A stretch of 64,000 nucleotides of DNA, taken from the NCBI GenBank assembly GCA_964019335.1, contig OZ025752.1:124001-188000 (forward strand). Direction: 5' to 3'. The notes beneath the pieces are model-generated. The model made no database searches, was not told where the DNA came from, and saw nothing but the letters and a program-made list of their open reading frames with translations. Position numbers and translations under genes: made by a program. Source of the stretch: Diplonema japonicum (Eukaryota; Protista; Euglenozoa: Diplonemea). Shown in pieces: positions 12,370 through 25,223 of this stretch (the stretch's first letter is position 1; each line of letters begins with the position of its first letter).

Positions 12370-13881
12370 GGTACGCTGCGTTGACCGCGTTGATCATTAC
12401 ACTCGGGCTTGCAAAATACCTGGAAATGCGAAGCGACTGTAGCTATTGGGGAGAGGGTGTCAAGGGTGTCCAGCTGCAACACGCGCTGGAAAAACTGCTG
12501 TCACTGGAAGCCACACGCGAACAAACCAAAAACTGGCGACCGCAAGTCATGGTTCTGCTGAGGCTCGACCAGGTATCCGTTTTTCACAAAAAAAAAAAAA
12601 AAAAAACCCATTCTCCAGCATGGAAACGTAGCACAACCCAGGCTCTTCTCTGTCGCGGAGCAGCTTAAAGCAGGCAAGGGTCTGGTAATATTCGTAGCTG
12701 TGGTGGAAGGCGATCCTATAGAAAAACGAGAACAAGTATTGCATTTGAAAAGAAGCATAAAAGATCAACTCGATGATTTGGGAATCGCGGGTTTCTGCAA
12801 AGTAGTGGCGGCGCCAAACGCACTAAGCGGGTACGGGTTCGTGATGCAAGGGATCGGTCTGGGAGCATTGTCTCCAAACACTGTTCTGGCAACATGGCCG
12901 GACGACTGGCGGACGCGACCTGGCGCGAGCATGGAGTTCTCGTCGCTTCTTCACACCGCTCACGAGCTTTCAAAAGCAGTCGTAGTTGTAAAGGGAATCC
13001 GAAATTTCCCCATTACAGCGGATTTCGTCGATGTGGTGAATTCTCCTTTAGAATGTGATCACATAGATTTATGGTGGATTGTCCACGACGGTGGGATAGA
13101 ACTCCTTCTCGCGTTCTTGCTCCGGCAGCATTCTGTCTGGAAGCGGTCTGAATTGAGGATTTTCACGATAATCCCCGCGGAGGACGACACCGATTCGCTG
13201 GCGCAAGCTTTGTCTAAAGAGTTGGCCAGGCTGCGGATCGACGCTGTGTTGATCGTCCATCCTGTAGAAGGTGAATGGATCCGAGAATTTATCTGCACCC
13301 AAGAAGAAGAAGCTGAGGTGAAATCCCGCGTTATGGAACAACTGCAACTTACGGAAGATGAGCGTGCTCATGAGGTGGACACAGTGCTCGCCACACACCA
13401 CCGAACTTGTTCACGAACACCCGTGACGGGTAGTCCTGCTCAGTTGGACCATAATGCCTGTTCCAGTACTTTTCCTCGGGGTTCGTCTCACGGGGGCTTT
13501 GATGGCTTCCCGATGGTGGAACTAAACGGGGAGAGAAGCCATCCAAAGAGGCTTGATCAGTCCCTTAATGGAGTACCTTCCGTGAGCTATCACTTTGAAT
13601 GCTTGAATGAGCTGATTAGGTGTGTTTGTTTTTTTTGGGGGGGGGGAGGGGAAAAAAAAAGTTTTTTTTTTTTTATATAGTGAGCATTCTACGTCGACGG
13701 ATTTGGTCTTGATCAGCCTCCCGGACTCTGCTAACTTTTACACACCTGATGAATTTATGGATTGCATGGAAAAAATGGTATGGAAGAAGAAAAAAAAAAA
13801 AAAAAAAAAAAGATTCATGGAATAAGTAGAGCAATGTTAATCCGTGGTACTGGGGAACAAGTCATTACTGGATACTGGTGA
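9800..13881 (+). CDS. SLC12 cation-chloride cotransporter (KCC-like) with N-terminal PDZ domain; join(9800..12301,12369..12572,12619..13619,13681..13777,13813..13881)
   Basis: Motifs GPYHMLSRHVGTEYGGAVG, TKNWRPQV, QLKAGKGL, IDLWWIVHDGG and C-terminal MLIRGTGEQVITGYW. Four GT-AG introns restore the KCC-like alignment. The PDZ-like segment is LGVQW..VGTVKPDGAADRAGVRESMRLLAIDG. Confidence 0.9.
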
Positions 13882-14399
13882 AAAAAAAAAAATTTTTTTT
13901 TTTCCTGGATTGGTTTTTTTTTTTTTTTTATTTATTTTTTTATTTTTTTACCCTCACCTCTTTTTATCTGTTTCTGTAATTAAGGTCTGGTTTCTTTTCT
14001 TTTTTTTTTTTTTTTTTTTTTGCTTCTCTCTTTGAAGTGCCGCCCCCTTCTGTATGTAATTTAACTTTCTTTGTGTTGGGGTAAGGGTGGAGGTGGGGCT
14101 CAGGCAGGGGGTATTTTTCTTTCTTTCTTTCTTTTTTTTTTTCTTCTTCTTCCCTTCTTCTTTCTCTTTTGTTGCCTACCGTTTTCCATCTTTCTTCTGA
14201 TGAAACAGAAAACAAAAAAAAAAAGGTCGGGCGGCAGTTCTTCACGTAAACCAAGGAAAATAACTTGCCTATTCTTTTTTAGAGGAGAAACCGCCAAGGG
14301 TATTGATGCAAGTAGATGAGAACTTACAAAAAAAAAAAAAAAACCCTCTTTTTAACTCTCATATCCCCCCCCTCCCCTTTTTTTTTTGTGTTTTTCAGG

Positions 14400-14870
14400 G
14401 CAAACGTAAATAGAGAAAAATAACTATTTATTTAGTGAAAAATAAAAATCGTTTGATTTTCCGCGCGTAGTGGCAGTGGTTTAATTAACGAGTTGGTTTA
14501 GCAGAAGCGTCATCAAGTTAAGCATGCCACCACAAGTGAAAATCGGATCTATTTTTTTTTTTTTTTTCACTAAATCCGTTGTTTTATTTAGCGTCAGTCA
14601 GATTTGAAAAGTGTGGGTAGCGTGAATACAAAGCACTTTATACTCACTCATAAAGTAATTTTTTATTTCCTGCAGTGGAGATAAAAGTGAAGCGTGAAAT
14701 AAAGTGAAATATTATATTCACACACACAGTTGAAAATCTGACTGGAGTTATATAAAGTTTTTTTTTTAAAAAAAAAAAGGAGGGGTAAAAAAAAATGTTT
14801 TTTCAACATGACTTTTTTTTTTTTATGTTTTTCCCTGCTGATAGGTTCCATGGGTTTTTAAGCTACTGGG

Positions 14871-14901
<31 letters not shown>

Positions 14902-16320
14902 AAAAAAAAAAAAAACAAAAAAAGAAATCCCCCTCCTGTACAAGGGGGTGCCTCTGAAAGGTGCCCCCGCCTGGAAAAAAAAAAGAAAAAAAAATAAACT
15001 TATAAATCAACACAACAACAACAATAACAACAACACACGCCATGCCTTAATCCCCCCCCCCCCCCCCCCCCCTTTCTCCTTTTTTTTTCGAAAAAAAAAT
15101 TTTCAAAAAAAAAAAAATAGCTCTTTATTGCCAACAGATTATGAGTCATTATTTAACTCGAGTTCCCGAAATTCCCGGTAACGAGTGTTAAATAATGGCT
15201 TAAGTCGTTTTATTTCACTCTTCGTCATTTGAGTCACTCACTCTTCACTGCTTTCACTGCTGTATTTTTCACGCAGGCATTGGGGCAGCTATTTCGCCGT
15301 GGCATTTTTTTTGGGGGGGGGGTAAAGAAATAGCCTCAGATGGCCAAAAATAGTCAAATGACCCCATCTCCAAAAGATTTTCAAGGGGTTGGGTACATTT
15401 TTTTTTCCACGACAAAACCCATTTTTTTTTTTTTTTGGTGGGTAGCAGGGAACGACCCCAAAAGGGGAGCATCATAAGGTAGGCACGCCACCGCGGCGGG
15501 CCGTTGCTAACCACTTCGTTCCTATCATAGTGAATTTTTTTTTTTACTCTGAAGATAATTTAACCCCCGAATAGTTAAATTATGAAGGCCCCTAGTGAGT
15601 GAAGAAAATGACGTGGATGGGTGAAATATATTAAAAAAAATAGCTATTTACTGCCAACAAGTAATGACTTTACCGTTACCTCGAGGTCGGTAAAGCATTA
15701 CTTGGCGGTAGGTAAGTGGTTTTATTTCACGACACTCTGAAATTACTTCACCACGAGGGGCACAACAGGGTGACAAGGGGTACAACAAGAGAGGGGTTAC
15801 AAAGGTTACAATACAAGTTGTTTTTCCTCCTTTTGTTGATTAGAGCTGCCGCTGTCGCTGGCATTGCCACTGTCACCATCTCTAATCAGGCCTTCCCATA
15901 CCTAGCGCGGCCGCTGGCTCCTTTTTTTCTGCTGCTTCGGTATTTTGAAGTCTTTTGGGGTGCTTGGGTAAACTGACCCACAGAAGAGTTACCCACAGAA
16001 ACTGGGAACAAGGCCTAGCCAAAAGTGGGCAAATTGGGAGGAAAAAGTAGTCCAACTTGGAACTGAGCCGAGGCAAAAGTTGGCCAATTGAGCTGAACCT
16101 GGGGGGAAATAGCAAACTGAGAGGAAAAAGTAGCCCCACTGGGAACCGAACCGAGGCAAAAATTGGCCTACCGAGGCATATTATTTAACGGAAACCCCCT
16201 ATTACTTCACGGAAAACAGGCCATTATTTCACCGTGAAGTAATGAGATTTAGCGTGAAGTAATGAGATTTAGCGTGAAGTAATGGGCCCCCCAGTGCGTG
16301 AAGTAATTTCTGAAGAGTGA
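14400..16320. mobile_element. Non-coding, repeat-rich relic, probably degenerate non-autonomous DNA element(s)
   Basis: Short inverted pairs (atttagtgaaaaa/tttttcactaaat; cagtcagattt/aaatctgactg), imperfect direct repeats at ~15110-15170 and ~15633-15685, ccgaggcaaaa repeats at 16060-16170, and a gtgaagtaatgagatttagc tandem. No convincing ORF. Confidence 0.4.
16234..16307 (+). repeat. 20-bp tandem repeat gtgaagtaatgagatttagc (about 2.5 copies plus a further gtgaagtaat)
   Basis: Directly visible; an inverted attacttcac lies at 16201. Confidence 0.85.
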
Positions 16321-16376
16321 AATAAAAAAAAAAAAAAAAAAGCCTCCCTCCCAAAAAAAAAAAAAAAAAAAAAAAA

Positions 16377-16889
16377 ATGGTAAAAAGCGAGACATCTTAC
16401 ACAAAGCAAACTACCACAGTGAAGAAGTACCCTCGTCCCTTCGGGCACGCCGTAAGGGTTGCTGTCACCTTGTTGGGGCTATGGATGTACTTCTTGCTGG
16501 TGGTGTGCATCCCGAGGGGCAAGACTGCAGACAAATTGCATGATCAAAGTGAGTTGAAGGACTCGTACTTAATGATGGCGGCCGGCTCGGGGATGGTGCA
16601 GGGGTGCGCTTTTATCTTCTTCTTCTTTGTTCTATGGGGCGTGCGCAGGACAAATGTGACAAGGATAGTGGGGATTGTGCTTTTGGTCATTTATGTTCTA
16701 GGCGGGGCCATCTTCATCATCGGCGAAGGGATCTACACCGACAAGGTCTGGGATAACAAAACTTCAGATGATGATGCATGGAGGTCGCTGCTTGTGGGCC
16801 ACCTTATTGGGGAGTCCTGCTTCATCGTTGTTGGTGTTCTGACGCTTCTTCCTGAATTCGGGATTATGAATGATTGGGAGGCGAAGTAA
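16377..16889 (+). CDS. Four-transmembrane hypothetical protein
   Basis: 170-aa ORF starting right after a poly(A) run, with four hydrophobic segments. Confidence 0.75.
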   Translation: MVKSETSYTKQTTTVKKYPRPFGHAVRVAVTLLGLWMYFLLVVCIPRGKTADKLHDQSELKDSYLMMAAGSGMVQGCAFIFFFFVLWGVRRTNVTRIVGIVLLVIYVLGGAIFIIGEGIYTDKVWDNKTSDDDAWRSLLVGHLIGESCFIVVGVLTLLPEFGIMNDWEAK

Positions 16890-16959
16890 GCGGGGAGTGG
16901 GAGGTGTGTGTGTGTGTGTGTGTGAGATAAGAACAAGGCCTTAACTGTTTTTTTTTGCC

Positions 16960-16992
<33 letters not shown>

Positions 16993-18492
16993 GCTGCTTT
17001 GTCTCAACGTTTTTTTTTTTTTTTTTTTTTCAAAAAAAAAAAGAAGAAGAAAAAAAAAATTTTTTTTTTTAAAACCACTAAGCCCCATAATATGGCTAAT
17101 AACCTGGAAAAAAAAAAAAAAAAAAGCCGTAAAAAAAAAATAAAATAAAATAAAAAAATAGCGTGCTGGGTGCATATAACTCTGAAATCCCCTCTCGTAC
17201 AGAAAATTCAAAAATATTGGGGAAAAAAAAAAGTGCAGGGTTTTTTTTTTATGTTTTGTTTTCGAGAGATTTTTATGCAAAGCGCGAAAAATAATAATAA
17301 AAAAAAATAAAAAAAGAAGATTTTTTTTTTTTATTTACCATTGTTGTTGTAGTTATTTGAAGAAGAAAAAAAAGAAGAAGAAGAAGAACAAACACAAGAA
17401 ACTTGGAGTTTTAGCCTCCTTTTTTTTTTTTTTTTATGTTTTGACCTGTCTAAACAAAAGGCCCCTTAACAACGGCCTGTTCCTTTTCCCCGCCCCGCCC
17501 CATTTTTTTTTTTTATTATTTTTTTCAAAAATAATAATTGAAATTATGAGCTTCCCCGGTTTAAAAAAAAAAAAAAAAAAATGTCTTTATAAAATGACGT
17601 CAGTTCACTCCTCCACATGCATGTTAGCACTTCTTTTTTTTTTTTTTTTTTTTTTGAGAAACCTCAAAAAAAAAAAAAATGTGGAGATTTTTCGCTGATT
17701 TATTTTTCCGGTCGGTGAGCGCGAAAAAAAAAAAAAAAAAAAAAAAAAAGAAAGAAAAAGGCCGAACATTTTGTTTAAAATGTTTAGTTTTTTTTTTTAT
17801 CCCCCTCCCCTTTCCCCAAATTCTTTTTTTTTTTTAAGTGGACGTTCCAAAATCAAGGATTTCCTCTTTTACCTCTTATATTTTTTTTTGTCGGGGAGGA
17901 AAAAAAAAAAAAAAAGAAGAAGGAAGTATGAGTCTTTCAAAAGCTTTTTCCCTTTTTTTTTTTATATTCTCTTTTTCTTTCTTTCTTCCTCTCCCTTCTT
18001 TTTCATATTAGCCCTCGCTTTGTATTTTTACAGTACACTCAGAGAGGGATGTGTGCGCACTTGGGGAGGAGGGGGGGGGGGGGGGGGGGGGTTACTGATG
18101 TTCCAAGATCGACTTTTTGTGCGGGAGTGGGGTAAAAAAAAAAAAGAAGAAGAAGAAAAGGAAACCCCTCCCAAATACTAGATCCATCTGTTTTTGCCCC
18201 CCCCCCCCAAAAGTAGTTTTTTTTTTTCTTCTCTGTCTCTCCCTCTCTCTTCATCAGTGAAAAAAAAGTTTTGTTTTTTTTTCCCATTCCCCCCCATTTT
18301 TTTTGTGTATTTTTTTTTTCCGTAGTTCTCTCTTTCCAATTAAAAAAATCCCAACCCCCCCCATATTTCTTTCCAAAAGATTCCCTCTCTTTTTATTATT
18401 TTTTTTTTTTAATATTCACTCTTTCAATAACAAAGGCGGGGGGTGTAAGCGAGGGGAGGGGGGGAGAAGGGAGGGAAAAAAAAAAAAAAAAA

Positions 18493-19311
18493 ATGGAAGC
18501 TGGATCACGGCCTATACAACCTGTCATCCAAGGCGCAGACGTGGATATTATAAAAAGTTGTTTAAACGCATTGTTCACAGCCATCCACGAGGGGTGGTTC
18601 GCACAATGGGCGGAGTGCTGGTTCGCAGAAGATTGCGTTCTCACGGTCTCGGGGAAGCTCCACGATCCGTCAGAAGACCGCAGCTGCGTGGGGAAGGACA
18701 ACCTAGTCAAATACTACAATAACGTTCTGGAAAAAGTCTGGGGGGGCACCGCCGCGACAGTAAATTGCACCGTGGTCTCGATCCAAATCGATGGCTTCAA
18801 AGTTGAAGCAATTCTAAAAATGAACATCATCAGAGAAAGCGGAATTGTAACCACGAAAAATAGATTACACACGTTGGTGATAAATGGGTCACATATGCAG
18901 ACCCTCCGCGTGTCTTCCATTACACCGAGCGACGACATGGATGAAGAGCTGATTTGCTGCAGATGCTGTGTCCCCCCCGCGGTCCCCACACCAAATGAAA
19001 TTGAAGAGAGCAAGCAATTGATGCCATATTTATTTGACCCATGCAAACACAACACATGGGATTCTATTAGGGTAAAGCGGAAGTGGTGTTTATTGCGGTG
19101 CCGGTCTTGCAGGAAGCAGTGGAGGCTTCTTGCCGTAGACATTAATCGGTGTGTGCCTTTTATTACGTCAGGGTGTGACCTTGGGACAAAGTGTGACAAG
19201 TTGCATATTTTCCTCCGGAAGCAGCGGCAGAGCGAAACGGTGGCGCCGATCGTGAGGGTGGCCAGTCAGGATACCGATGAAGATGGACCCCCCGAGCTGC
19301 TTAAAGATTAA
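18493..19311 (+). CDS. SnoaL/NTF2-like N-terminal domain plus Cys/His zinc-binding C-terminal module
   Basis: The N-terminal WFAEDCVLTVSG..VGKDNLVKYY resembles SnoaL-like folds. The C-terminal region has CKHNTWDSIRVKRKWCLLRCRSCRKQW followed by a CCCH-like C-x6-C-x5-C-x3-H. Confidence 0.7.
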   Translation: MEAGSRPIQPVIQGADVDIIKSCLNALFTAIHEGWFAQWAECWFAEDCVLTVSGKLHDPSEDRSCVGKDNLVKYYNNVLEKVWGGTAATVNCTVVSIQIDGFKVEAILKMNIIRESGIVTTKNRLHTLVINGSHMQTLRVSSITPSDDMDEELICCRCCVPPAVPTPNEIEESKQLMPYLFDPCKHNTWDSIRVKRKWCLLRCRSCRKQWRLLAVDINRCVPFITSGCDLGTKCDKLHIFLRKQRQSETVAPIVRVASQDTDEDGPPELLKD

Positions 19312-19883
19312 ATTTTTGAGGAATTTTTTTTTTTTTTTTTATTCTGCCTGTTCGTTATCCTCCGTGATATTATTTCCGTCGGAGGGCCTACGTGCTTTTA
19401 GCAGCGGCTCTTGGGGATTGGCAGGGAAAAAAAAAAAGGGGGGGGGGGGAATTCCAAAATGTGACACCTTTTTTTTTTGTTCAGCTGAATAAATGAGAAC
19501 CCCACACTCGTGTTTTAAAAGAAATTTCAGTTTTAAAGGGGGGGGAGGTATAGGGGAGAATAAAAAGCCCAGTGGACTCTTTTTTTTTTTTCTTTCTTTT
19601 TCATTTTTTTTTAAATCTTCCTATTTTTATTCTCACGTTACCATACTTGGACTTAATATGAAAACGGGAAAGAAGAAAAAAAAAATAAATCAATATAAGC
19701 ATCCCCATTTTTTTTTTTTGTTTATTGGAAATGGTTTCAAAATCGGTTTTTTTAAAAATCGAAGAATTTTCCATTATTTTACCTTGTTCCGTTCTTAAGT
19801 GCAAATACGGTATCCTCTCTCCCCCCCCCCTTTTTTTTCCCCTTCTCTTTTTTATTCTTGTTTTAACAATATTATTGTCGAAA

Positions 19884-19940
<57 letters not shown>

Positions 19941-19974
19941 CTCCTTGGTTCCCAGTGAACGAGAAAGAACGAAA

Positions 19975-20019
<45 letters not shown>

Positions 20020-20450
20020 AATTGATAGCAGCGTAATGAGCTATTTTTATTAGGTAAAATCTCCGCTCGGGCGCACAATCAAGATGAAACGCCTGACTAA
20101 AGGGGGAGGGACCGAATAATTCCATCTTTCTTTTTTTTGGGGGGGGGGGGGGTGTATGCGGTCTCGCGGCTACCTTCCAGGAGGAAGGAGATTGTTGCGG
20201 GTGTTACAATGGACACTACACCTGACGAGACGCCAGGAGCGGCTCTCCTAGCAACCACCTAACGCCAAAACCTAGCGGTTTATCACCGACGTTTGTGGGT
20301 TCTCCACAGCCTGGAAGAACAACTGGCAAGAACACAAGACAAGGTGCTTTCCTTGTGGCAGGCCCCTTCTTTTTTTTCTTTTTTTTTTTTTTGGAACCCA
20401 AACACCCCCCTCCACTGCCCAAATAAAGGGATTATTCGGGGGGCCCCTTT

Positions 20451-20488
<38 letters not shown>

Positions 20489-21402
20489 TCTAGCCCCCTT
20501 CCCTCCACACCCGCTACCTCTTTTTATTTTTATATTTTTTATTTTTATTTGTTTTTTCATTTTGGTTCGACACCACGGAACATTAGGCATTCATTCTCCT
20601 TTGCAAGAACGAGTTTTTGCCTTTTGTCTCAACAAAAAAAAGAAGGGGGAGGGGGGGAAAGGGGGAAACATCGGTGAAACTTATGTTTACCTACAAAACA
20701 ACTGCCGGTTTCCAGCCCCCTCCCACTCCGCTTTTTTTTTTTATACTTATTCTTCTTTTTCTTTTGTTTATGTTGTGTGTCTCAACAAGTGGAGTGAACA
20801 TCACTAGGACCGATGGGTGCACCCAAACACTTCAAAAAATACACCAGAGGGCTGCAGGAACAGCCTGCAGGGGTGGGGGGGGTGCAACGTCGAAAAATTG
20901 TTGCTCGTACTCCGGTTTATGAAGCAAACTCAAGAAAGTCAATTTGATTTCTTTTTTTTTTGTTATTCTTCTTCAGCCTTTGTCCTAAAAAAAAAAAAAA
21001 AAGAAGAAGCAAAAAAAAAAAAAAAAAAAAAAAAAAGAAACTTTTTTTGTCGATTTCTTTGTTTCTTCTTTTTTTTTTTTTTTTTTTTTCCCCCGTCCAG
21101 AACAGGCCTCCCTCCAAATTCGTCTGGGGAAGAATCCTTTTTTTTTTTTTATTTTTTTTTTTTTTTACGGATAACGACCAGCCAAAATTTTGCGTTTTCG
21201 TTCTTCGCCCGTTGGTTCCCCCGCCCCAGCCACCTGGGCGGCGTGCAATGAGGGGAATCTTTCTTTTTTTTTTTTCACGAAAATCAATTCCGTGAATGCT
21301 GTCGGGCAAGTTGCAAGTTAGCCGCCCTCCCCACCCTCTCCGATTTTAAACAAAAAAAATTTAAAAAAAGGCGGGAAACGAGGGAAGCGAAAAAAAAAAA
21401 AA

Positions 21403-21458
21403 ATGGAAGACTCCGATATTGCGATCCTGTCGTTCACTTTGGTACGAAGGGGGAAAAA

Positions 21459-21499
<41 letters not shown>

Positions 21500-22682
21500 T
21501 GCCTTCGCTTTCATGCTTCTGATGTGCCTGTGGAAGACAAGACGCAGAGGCGAGCCACAGATAGACGAGGTTCCCCTCCGCATAAAAATTGTAACCGACG
21601 AAACAGTTCAACCTGCAAAAAAGAAAGAGCCCACTCCTTTAGAAACCCCGCTGGTGGCGAAAGAACCGGACCAACCACAGGCGGAGGTCGACTACGGTGA
21701 AGCACAGACCGCCCCACATAGGGATGTAAAATCGGCCGTCCCGAAAATTCTGGAAGAAAAGGTCGAGCACACCCAAACAGCGAACATCATGGACCGCGTG
21801 GTAGCCAAGAAGAAGATACTCTGGATGGTGCACAGGTACCAAAACAAAAAAGCGTTCAGAAAATCCGTGGCAGAGTGGAAGAAACAAGAATCCGAACGCA
21901 GGAAGATGCTGAAACTAGGGAAAATGGGTTCCCTGCGAGTCAAGGTAGGTTCTAACATGGAGGTCGTGTCCGCTATTCAGGGCGGCGCAGCCGAAGCAGC
22001 CGGGATGAAAACCGATGATCTCATCGTGCTCATTAACAGAACGGGCAGAGGCGGGAAAGTTATACCGGTTCCGATGCCCAGGCTAACTTCTTTCTTAAGA
22101 GCTGTCGGACCACAGTCAGAAGTGTTTGAAGGGAGCGAAATCGAGGTCGTTGTAATTAGGGATCCATCCGAAATAAAATCTTGGGCTGCCGATTCTTCTG
22201 AAACTGATAGCTTAAGAATTGGAACGCCGGAGTACGTAGCCGCCTGGACAGCAAGGGTCAACAGAAGGACCACTGTTCCATTAAAGGTTACTGTTGGGGT
22301 TGACTCTGACAATGCCAAAAAAAGCAGGAGGAAGAACATGGAGCAGAAAAAGAAAGACAACAATCTCACAAAACTGGACATCAAGCTTGTTGAGGACTTC
22401 CTTTATGATCCAGACGCCTGTGCGGTATTCGTAAAGACAGTCTTTGACAAGGCGGACAACGATGGCTCTGGGGAACTCGATGCAAGTGAGATCTACACTG
22501 TTTTCACACACATGACGGAGGTGACGGGGGTCCCCCCGCCTACTAGGAAGGATGCAGAGCGTTTGTTTAGCGTGATGGACGAATCTTACGATGAAAAGGT
22601 GAGCTTTGAAGAGTTTTTCCCGTACTTCCGCACCTTGATGGTGAAGCTCATTATGGACGAAATCGTGGCTGTTAACGAATAG
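21403..22682 (+). CDS. Membrane-anchored PDZ + EF-hand protein; join(21403..21441,21498..22682)
   Basis: Intron 21442-21497 gives an N-terminal anchor MEDSDIAILSFTL|AAFAFMLLMCLW. PDZ-like VSAIQGGAAEAAGMKTDDLIVLIN; EF-hands DNDGSGELDASE and DESYDEKVSFEE. Confidence 0.8.
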
Positions 22683-22787
22683 CGGTCTTTTTTTACATTG
22701 TACATAACTCTAAAAACACCAAAAAAAAAAAGTGGGGGGGGGAAGTCCTTCCCTTTTTTTTTTGATTCCTTCCTCTTTTGATATATC

Positions 22788-22820
<33 letters not shown>

Positions 22821-23215
22821 CGATAAAGCATTCCCTCTTCCCGCCCATGTTACTGTCTGTGTTTTTGTAGATTTTGCCCCGCATTTGTGAAGGGAGTGTG
22901 TTTTCGGCAAATTTCTTTTTTTTTGCAAAGAAACCCTCCCCCCACACACTGGGGTTAATTTATTTTTTTGAGACAGAACACGGGGGGGCCAACATACATA
23001 CCCCGACCTTACATAAAAAGAAATGGGCGAGAGAAAAAAAAGAAAAAATACCCCCCCTTTTTTTTTCCTCTCTCCTTTTTTTTTTTTTTTTTTTTTTTTT
23101 CTTTTTTGCAAGAACGCGTCTTTGACTTGTCTAAACAAAAGGGGAACGTTGGCAACGTGTTTCGGGTTGACAAACTTCTCCAGGTTTTACCCGGCACGTA
23201 CAAACAACGGCCAGT

Positions 23216-23246
<31 letters not shown>

Positions 23247-23479
23247 ACCAAGGCTAAAAAAAAAAAAAAAAAAGAAACACCAAATTCCATTTTATTATCT
23301 TTTTTTTTTTTTACCCCCCATTTACACAAAACGGGGAGGGAGGTTTTTTTCCCCCCCCCCTCCCCCTCCTTTTTTTTAATTTGTCGTTTTTTTTTCTTTT
23401 CTTCCCCCCCCAAAAAAAATTATAAAAAAAAATAAAAAAAAACACCCCCAGGGTCCGCAATTTTTTAAGAGAAAAAAAA

Positions 23480-25184
23480 ATGCCTGACGAGCAGGTATAC
23501 GAGATGACGATGAAGGACGCAGAAACCCGTCCGGTCAACATCGATGGTGAAACAAAAAATGTTGAGGAGAAAGAGGTTCATTACAAGGTCTTGGAGAAGG
23601 GTGAGGGGAAGACAAGGAGCCATCACGAGGTAAGCCCATGGGGCGCAGTGGTACAGGACGGGCAATTGATCAGCCAACACGACCCGAATGTACACTCTCC
23701 TTACGGAAACGGCAACGGCCACAACCAGGACAAGAACAACCACGAAACGGGAAGTCCTTTCGAGGCCGACCAAGAAAACGATTCTGAATCCGAGTCCACA
23801 TGCTCAACAAACACCGAAGATTGGCTGGCAGAACCCAAAGTCCACTGGGAATGGAACACACAACACATCATTATTTCAATCGCCCTATCAATCATTGTAA
23901 TGGTAGGAATCGGGCTATGGGCTGCCACCAGCCCTGCCGAACCCGAAGGCGACGAAATCCCAAGAAATGCTCATTTACTATCGACGTCAGCATCTCAACC
24001 CGGATTTCTCGATCTTGGAATCGGTCATCCCAATAAAATCTTGGAAACGGTTGTTTGGGTACAACCCCATGGTGTGCATGCCCCCGTGCAGGTTAACGTA
24101 ACAGTGGAGATAACGTTGAACAAATCAGATGATTCATCATGGGTTAGAATTGATCCGGATCCTTCTGAAAACCCTAAAATGCTGACTATTGTCGATTCCA
24201 GCGACGGGAAGGACCACAAGTTCGAGCTGAACGGCCCGAACGACGAGGTTTCCTACACGAGAATGGCGTTTGTCACGGACTCTCACGATCCCGTCAGCCT
24301 TGCCATTCACGTCATTCAAATGCACGAGGTGGCGGAGTACCGAGTTCTATTCGCCGCTCTGGTTTTAATGTTTGAATACACTCTGATCGTTTTTGAACTG
24401 GTGGACAGAACGGTGGCCGCTATGCTTGGTTCGTTCGTCGCTCTGGTCGTTCTCGGCATTGTTAAGGAAAGACCAGACCTCCACGAGGTCATCAACTGGA
24501 TCGATTTTGAAACTGTTTTACTTCTGTTCGGGATGATGGTCATGGTTCGAATCTTCTCTTTAACAGGCGTATTTGAATACAGCGCGGTAAAGGCTTACAA
24601 GGCATCTGGCGGGGATTTGTGGAAATTAACGTGGATTTTGTGTACCTTTACCGCGGTAACATCGGCGTTTCTCGACAATGTGACAACGATGTTGCTGTTG
24701 ACACCGGTTACGTGCAGGCTTTGTAAGATTTTGAAGCTTGACCCGACGCCGTTGCTTCTTGCAGAGGTTATGTTTTCGAACATTGGTGGGACCGCCACCG
24801 CTGTGGGCGACCCTCCAAACATCATCATTGTGAACGACAACGAAATTTCGTCGAGGGGGATCGAGTTTGCTGAGTTCACGCTGCACATGATGATTGGGAG
24901 TGTTTTCGTGTTCTTCGCCACCATGCCCTTCATGAAATGGAAGCTTACAGAGTGGCTTGAGAAGAATGGCGCTGCCGAGGTGGCGCCACCGCAGCCTGAA
25001 GACGAACTTGAACGTGAGAAGCTCGAGGCAAACGCCAAGAAACAGAGGAAGCTGAACCTCCGTAACTCCTTCAGACAGGACGCCGCGCCAGAGGGCGTGG
25101 GGGGCGACCTGGTCAACGACCTTTCTTACGAAGAACAGGAGAGGCACACCTACGCGAGAAACCATCCGAAGTGGAATATTATTG

Positions 25185-25223
<39 letters not shown>

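Noticed and set aside
20150-20370. Complex-sequence islands at ~20150-20370, ~26780-26990 and ~55290-55510 considered as small genes
   Set aside because: They have stops in the plausible frames or no recognisable motif, and no consistent splice model; probably decayed element fragments.
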